A DNA stretch of 64,000 nt from an uncultured Hyphomicrobiales bacterium. Lineage in GTDB: Bacteria > Bacteroidota > Ignavibacteria > Kapaibacteriales > UBA2268. The notes under the pieces are model-generated. The model saw only the letters and a program-made list of their open reading frames with translations. It had not been told where the DNA came from and did no database searches. Position numbers and translations under genes: made by a program. Numbering within the stretch: the stretch's first letter is position 1; the number at the start of each line of letters is the position of its first letter. Positions 58,850 through 64,000 of this stretch are shown here, in pieces. The stretch covers positions 66,691 through 130,690 of the forward strand of contig CAYXMM010000002.1 in NCBI GenBank assembly GCA_964465945.1, written 5' to 3'.

Positions 58850-61800
58850 TGAATGTTTTAATCTTATTGATTGTGCTTGCAACAGGTATTTCTTTTGCTA
58901 ATTGGACAGCTCAAACTTCTTTTACAACTGAAAATATTAATGATTTTCATATTGAAAATAATACTAGTGCTTATTATGCTGTTTGTAATAATGCAAAGAT
59001 TTTTAAAAGCACAAATTCCGGTTCAACTTGGGCTGATATTTCTTCAAATTTAATTTCAAGTAATATTAATTCAGTGAAGTTTTATAGTTCACAAGAAGGA
59101 ATTGTAACAAATCAAATAGGGAGAGTTTATAGAACTGCAGATGGTGGAAATAGCTTTGAGCTTCTTTCTACTTCTAGTGATAATCATTCAGTTAATGATA
59201 TATATTTCGTTCATACCCTAAATACCATAATAGTGGGTGATGATGGAGTGTATAGAAAATCAACAAATACAGGGAGTAGTTGGGATACAATTCCATATAA
59301 ATTTAATAATTCTAATTTGAATTCAATTGGTTTTAATGGTATTAACAATGGTGTGATAGTTGGAGATGGAGGGGCAATTTTTCAGACTACAAATGGAGGA
59401 AATGATTGGGCTTCTAAAACTTTCTCTGGTGTTAATGAGAATCTAAACGCTGTAACTTATATTGGAGCAAATAATACATTTTTTGGAGTTGGTGATAATG
59501 GAAGAATTATAAGGTCAATAAACAACGGACTAACTTGGCACACGATTACTTCAGGAGTAAATGCTAATTTGAATGCTGTTTGTTTTACTTCAAACACTAA
59601 TGTTGGGTATATTGTTGGAGACGGAGGTGTGATTTTAAAAACCACTGATGCTGGTGTAACTTGGTCTCAACAGATAAATAATAATAATTCAAATTTATAT
59701 GCTGTTAAATTTGTAAATGAAAATGTTGGTTATGCTTTTGGTAACGGTGGAACGTTTCTGAAAACAATTAGCGGTGGGTTAAACCAATCAATTACTTTAA
59801 ACGCTCCGCAAGCGGGAACAACATGGATTGTGAATAATCAAGTCAATATTAATTGGAGTTATTCTATGATAACAAATATTAATATTGAAATATCGAGGGA
59901 TAATCAAAATTCATGGGGAGCGATAGCAAGTAATGTACTTGCAAGTAATTTAACTTATTCTTGGACTGTTTCAAACCCAAGTTCAGAAGATGTGTTTATT
60001 AGAATTTCAGATGCAAATAATCCTAATTTATATTCAATTAGTGGTAAGTTCAGAATTACAGATTTTAATCTAGAAATAACTTCTCCTGTTGCAAATGAAG
60101 AAGTTGATATTAATTCAACTAAGAAAATTCAATGGAATAGCCAAAATATAAATAATGTTAATATTTTTTATTCATCAAATAATGGAAATTCTTGGAGTAC
60201 AATAGCAAGCAATATCCAAGCAAATTTGGGCGAGTATAATTGGACTGTACCAAACACTGCAACTAATCAAGCAAAAATTAAAATTGAAGATGCAATTAAT
60301 TCTTCTAAGTTTGTTATTTCAAACGCTTTTACTATTATTGGGGATAACCTTACTTTAACTAGCCCAAATGGTGGAAATTTTGATGCTGGTGACCAAGTTA
60401 CAATTCAGTGGAATAGTCATAATGTGAATAAAATTAAAATTGACTATACAACAAATGGAGGGTCGACTTGGGCTAATATTGTAAATAATTATCCTGCGTC
60501 AAACAATCAATATACATGGATAGTGCCTTACAAACCAGGTCAAGCACAAATTAGAATTACTAATGTAGATAATTCCTCATTATTTGATATTTCTGAACCA
60601 AGTTTTAATATAAATGGTTACGATTTGACTATAACAAATCCATTAGGTGGGACTTATAATAAAAATTCAAATTTAACTATTAATTGGAGTGCTGACCCAA
60701 GAATTGTTGCTTTAAAAATTGAGTTTTCTTCAAATAATGGCACAAATTGGAGTCAAATTGCAGATAATGTATTAGCATCTTTAGGTGCATATTCTTGGAC
60801 TTTGCCTAATGTTGCAGGTAGCCAATATAAAATAAGATTGACTGATAACACTGGAAATATAGTTAAAGTATCAAATACTTTTGCTGTTTCTTCTTTATTG
60901 ATTACATCACCTTTGAATAATTCAACGCTTGTTGCAGATAGAGAATATACTATTACTTGGGAAGCTATAGGATTTAGTAATATTAATTTGAAATATTCTT
61001 CTGATAATGGCTCAAATTGGCAAAATATTGCAACAAATGTTCTGGCAAGTCAAGGGCAGATTAATTGGACTACTCCAAATTTTAATCAAGCTTTAATTTT
61101 AAAAATCGAAAATTCAAGTGACCCAAATCAATCTAATTCAATTAATTTGAGTATTCAAATACCTACTATTGAAATAACTAATCCTGTTGCTAATTATTTT
61201 TATCGTTCAGGACAACCGATAGTTATTCAATGGACTTCTAATTTAGTTGAAAATGTAGATGTTTTATACTCTGTAAGTGGTGGTGCTTTTGTGAGTATAG
61301 CTAATGATGTCGTTGCTAATAATGGCTCTTATACTTGGACTGCTCCTGCTATTGAGTCTGGGAATGTGGTTGTTAAAGTAGTTGATAGTGGAAACAATTC
61401 AGTCTTTGATTTATCAAACGCATTCGGTGTTTCTGATGATACAATCACACTTTTATCTCCAAATGGCAATGAACTCTGGAATCAAGGAGAAAACAGAGAA
61501 ATAAGTTGGGTTGCTTCGGATGCAATAAATGTTGATATAGAAGTTTCCACTGATAACGGACAAACTTGGCAATTAATTGTTTCAGGTGTCAGTGCGTTGC
61601 AACCTTATAATTGGATAATAGGTAAAGTCTCTACAACAACTGCATTAATTAGAGTGTCTGATCATCATAAACAAGGTATTGTCGATGTGTCTGATAATTC
61701 TTTCAAAATAAATGGATTAGATTTACAAAGTCCTAATGGTGGTGAAACTTTCTTGTTAAGCACTCCAACCACAATTAATTGGAAATCGGTTGGTGTTTCA

Positions 61801-64000
61801 AAAGTAAATATTTATTATTCAAAAAACTCAGGCGCTTCTTGGACTGAAATTGTTAAAAACTATCCTGCTGGTTCTGGATTTTATAATTGGAATATTCCAG
61901 CAATTACGGGAGAAGAGTTTAAAATAAGAATAATTGATCCTACAAAAACAAATTTTGAAGATGTCAGCGATAATAATTTTAAAATTCAAGGGATTAAAAT
62001 TACTTCTCCTGTTGCTGGTGATGAAATTTTATTTGGAACTCAACATTATATAACTTTCGATAAATATGGTATTCAAAATGTGAAAATCGAACATTCAACG
62101 GATAATGGTTTAACTTGGTATACAGTGATTTCTCACTATAATGGTTCATCAGGTCAATATTTATGGAATGTGCCGGAATTACCTGGTAATATGAATAAAA
62201 TTAAAGTTACGAGTGTTGAAGTGCCATCGCTATATGATATTACAAGCGAACAATTCACTATCTTGGAACAAGGGGTTGTTGTTACATATCCAGATGGAGG
62301 AGAAACACTTACAGCAAGTTCCTCTCAAACAATCACTTGGGCTTCTGCGAATATTGATAATGTTAAGATTGAGTATTCTGCCGATAATGGTAATACTTGG
62401 AATGTGATTACTAACTCAACTGATGCGAATAATAAATATTATGTTTGGAATACTCCAAATACAAATGGTAGCAAGTATTTAGTTAGAGTTACTGATACAA
62501 AAATTTCAAATTTGTCTGATGTTTCTAATTCTAATTTCAATATATCAGGTGGTGTTTATATTTTACCTGATGATTGGAGTTTCACTATGGGAACTGGAAA
62601 AACAAGTAATATTATTGTTCCAAATTCTATTCACCCAATTATTGGAAGTAGTGTAATACAGAATGGAGATGCTATTGGTGTGTTTTATATGGTTAATGGT
62701 GTTAGTAAATGTGCAGGTTATTCAATTTGGGATAGTAATGATATGGCTATTGCTGTTTTTGGTGATAACGCCTTGACTACAGCAAAAGATGGGTTTGATG
62801 ATAATGAAAATTATAGTATTAAAGTTTGGTCGAAAACAACTGGAAATGTAAATGATGCTACTGTTACTTATTCTTCTGGTAATCCATATTTTACAATAAA
62901 CGGAATTTCTATTATTTCTAAATTAGAAACTCAAAGACCATTAAATATTGAGTTAGAAGCTGGAAATTGGCAGTTGGTTTCTTCTAATATATTGCCAGTT
63001 AATACTTTAGTGAAAAATATTTTTATTAATAATTTGAATGATTTTGAATATGTTAAAAATCAAAATGGTCAGATTTACTATCCGCTTCAAAATATTGACC
63101 AAATTGTTAATTGGAATATTAAAGAGGGTTATTTAATTTATGCTAAAAATGATGCTACTTTGCAAATAATGGGTAATACTATAATACCTTCAAATTATTC
63201 CTATACTTTTAATGCAAATATGTGGTATATGATTTCTTACTTGCCAAGTGATAGCCGAAATGTTTCGTCAGTATTTGCTAATACGAATAGTTTAATTTTG
63301 GTTAAGAATGATGAAGGAAAGGTTTATTATCCAGCTTTCGGGATTAATCAAATTGGAAATATGAAAGTTGGTGAGGGTTACCAGCTTGCTGTTAGTCAAA
63401 ATAGCCAAACGTTTAGTTATTCAAATGTTGCATCTCCTCCAGTTGGACCTGTTGTGCCAGGGATTTATTCAGAAGATGAGGAAAATTATTATCAAACAGA
63501 AATTTCAAAAACAGGAAATTCAGCTGTTATTATTATCAATAATGATTTAGAATTATATGGCGAAATTGGAGTTTTTGATGGTAATGATAGATTAATTGGT
63601 CATGGAATGATTGATAATGTATATTCTTCAATTACGATTTGGGGTGATAATCCTGCTACATTTGAGAAAGATGGTGCGAGAGAAAAAGAGACATTGCGAA
63701 TTGAGTTTTATGACTATAATAGCAAATCAGTTCAAAAGCTTGATATTACTCAAATTTTTGAGATGATGACAAGTAAAAATTTAGGGAAAGAATTACAATA
63801 TGCAAAAGATGCAATTTATAGTATTGAGTTTTCTAAAGTAACGACAAGTGTATCCGATAATAATAGTAGTTTCAAAATTTACCCAAATCCTGTAAAAGAT
63901 ATTTTGTATATTAGCATATCTGGAAATGATTTATTTAATATAGAAGTGTTTGATTTATCAGGCATAAAAGTTCTAACTAAACAATTTGCTTCAAAAGGAC
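58850..64000 (+). CDS. giant T9SS cargo protein, partial: N-terminal BNR/Ycf48-like beta-propeller, ten tandem ~92-aa beta-sandwich repeats, a distinct ~440-aa region, then a T9SS sorting domain running off the window
   Basis: Frame open from the ATG at 58850 to the window end; not in the ORF track because no stop is reached. Signal peptide. Repeated T(N/D)xG(S/T)(T/S)W blades. Ten repeats of the type ITSPxxGxxWxxGxxxxIxWxxxNIxxVxIxYSxDNGxTWxxIAxNxxAxxGxYxWTVPN. C-terminal FKIYPNPVKDILYISISG at ~63880. Confidence 0.75.
59790..62560 (+). repeat. tandem array of ten diverged ~275-bp coding repeats inside the giant cargo gene
   Basis: Periodicity visible in the translation. Confidence 0.7.

Overview
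AT-rich chromosomal segment of a bacterium from the FCB group (Bacteroidota/Ignavibacteriota-like). The lineage call rests on many proteins carrying type IX secretion (T9SS) C-terminal sorting domains, a ~2300-aa SprA/Sov-like outer-membrane protein, and BamD/MurF/KdtA cell-envelope genes; some genes have Shine-Dalgarno-like AGGAG sites. Most of the window is housekeeping. Recognisable genes are gap, HIT, PHP, kdtA/waaA, murF, bamD, ribD, aspartate kinase, coaD, a 2-oxo-acid dehydrogenase E2, ruvB, a CDF transporter, an SDR, tRNA-Asp and a ComEC-like protein. These are interleaved with large secreted T9SS cargo proteins: a VWA giant, an S8 peptidase, an S41 peptidase, Ig-like proteins, and a >1700-aa BNR/Ycf48-like propeller protein carrying ten tandem ~92-aa repeats. 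The main accessory region lies at ~39.5-46.0 kb, between the E2 gene and ruvB. It holds an IS200-like/RAYT Y1 HuH transposase flanked by REP-like imperfect repeats, three co-oriented uncharacterised membrane proteins, and a 911-aa MmeI-family Type IIL restriction-modification enzyme. The enzyme's stop overlaps the start of the first membrane gene, so the membrane cassette plus the R-M enzyme is the best candidate for an undescribed defence module. Other notable items are a Kid/PemK(MazF)-type toxin gene inactivated by a TGG->TAG change at a conserved Trp next to an intact putative antitoxin, copies of the RAYT-adjacent 30-mer and GC-rich REP-like hairpins near 1.5 kb and 3.6 kb, and an unusual Y/W/N/R-rich lipoprotein translationally coupled to a FadL/PorV-like outer-membrane channel. 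I found no CRISPR array, rRNA or prophage.
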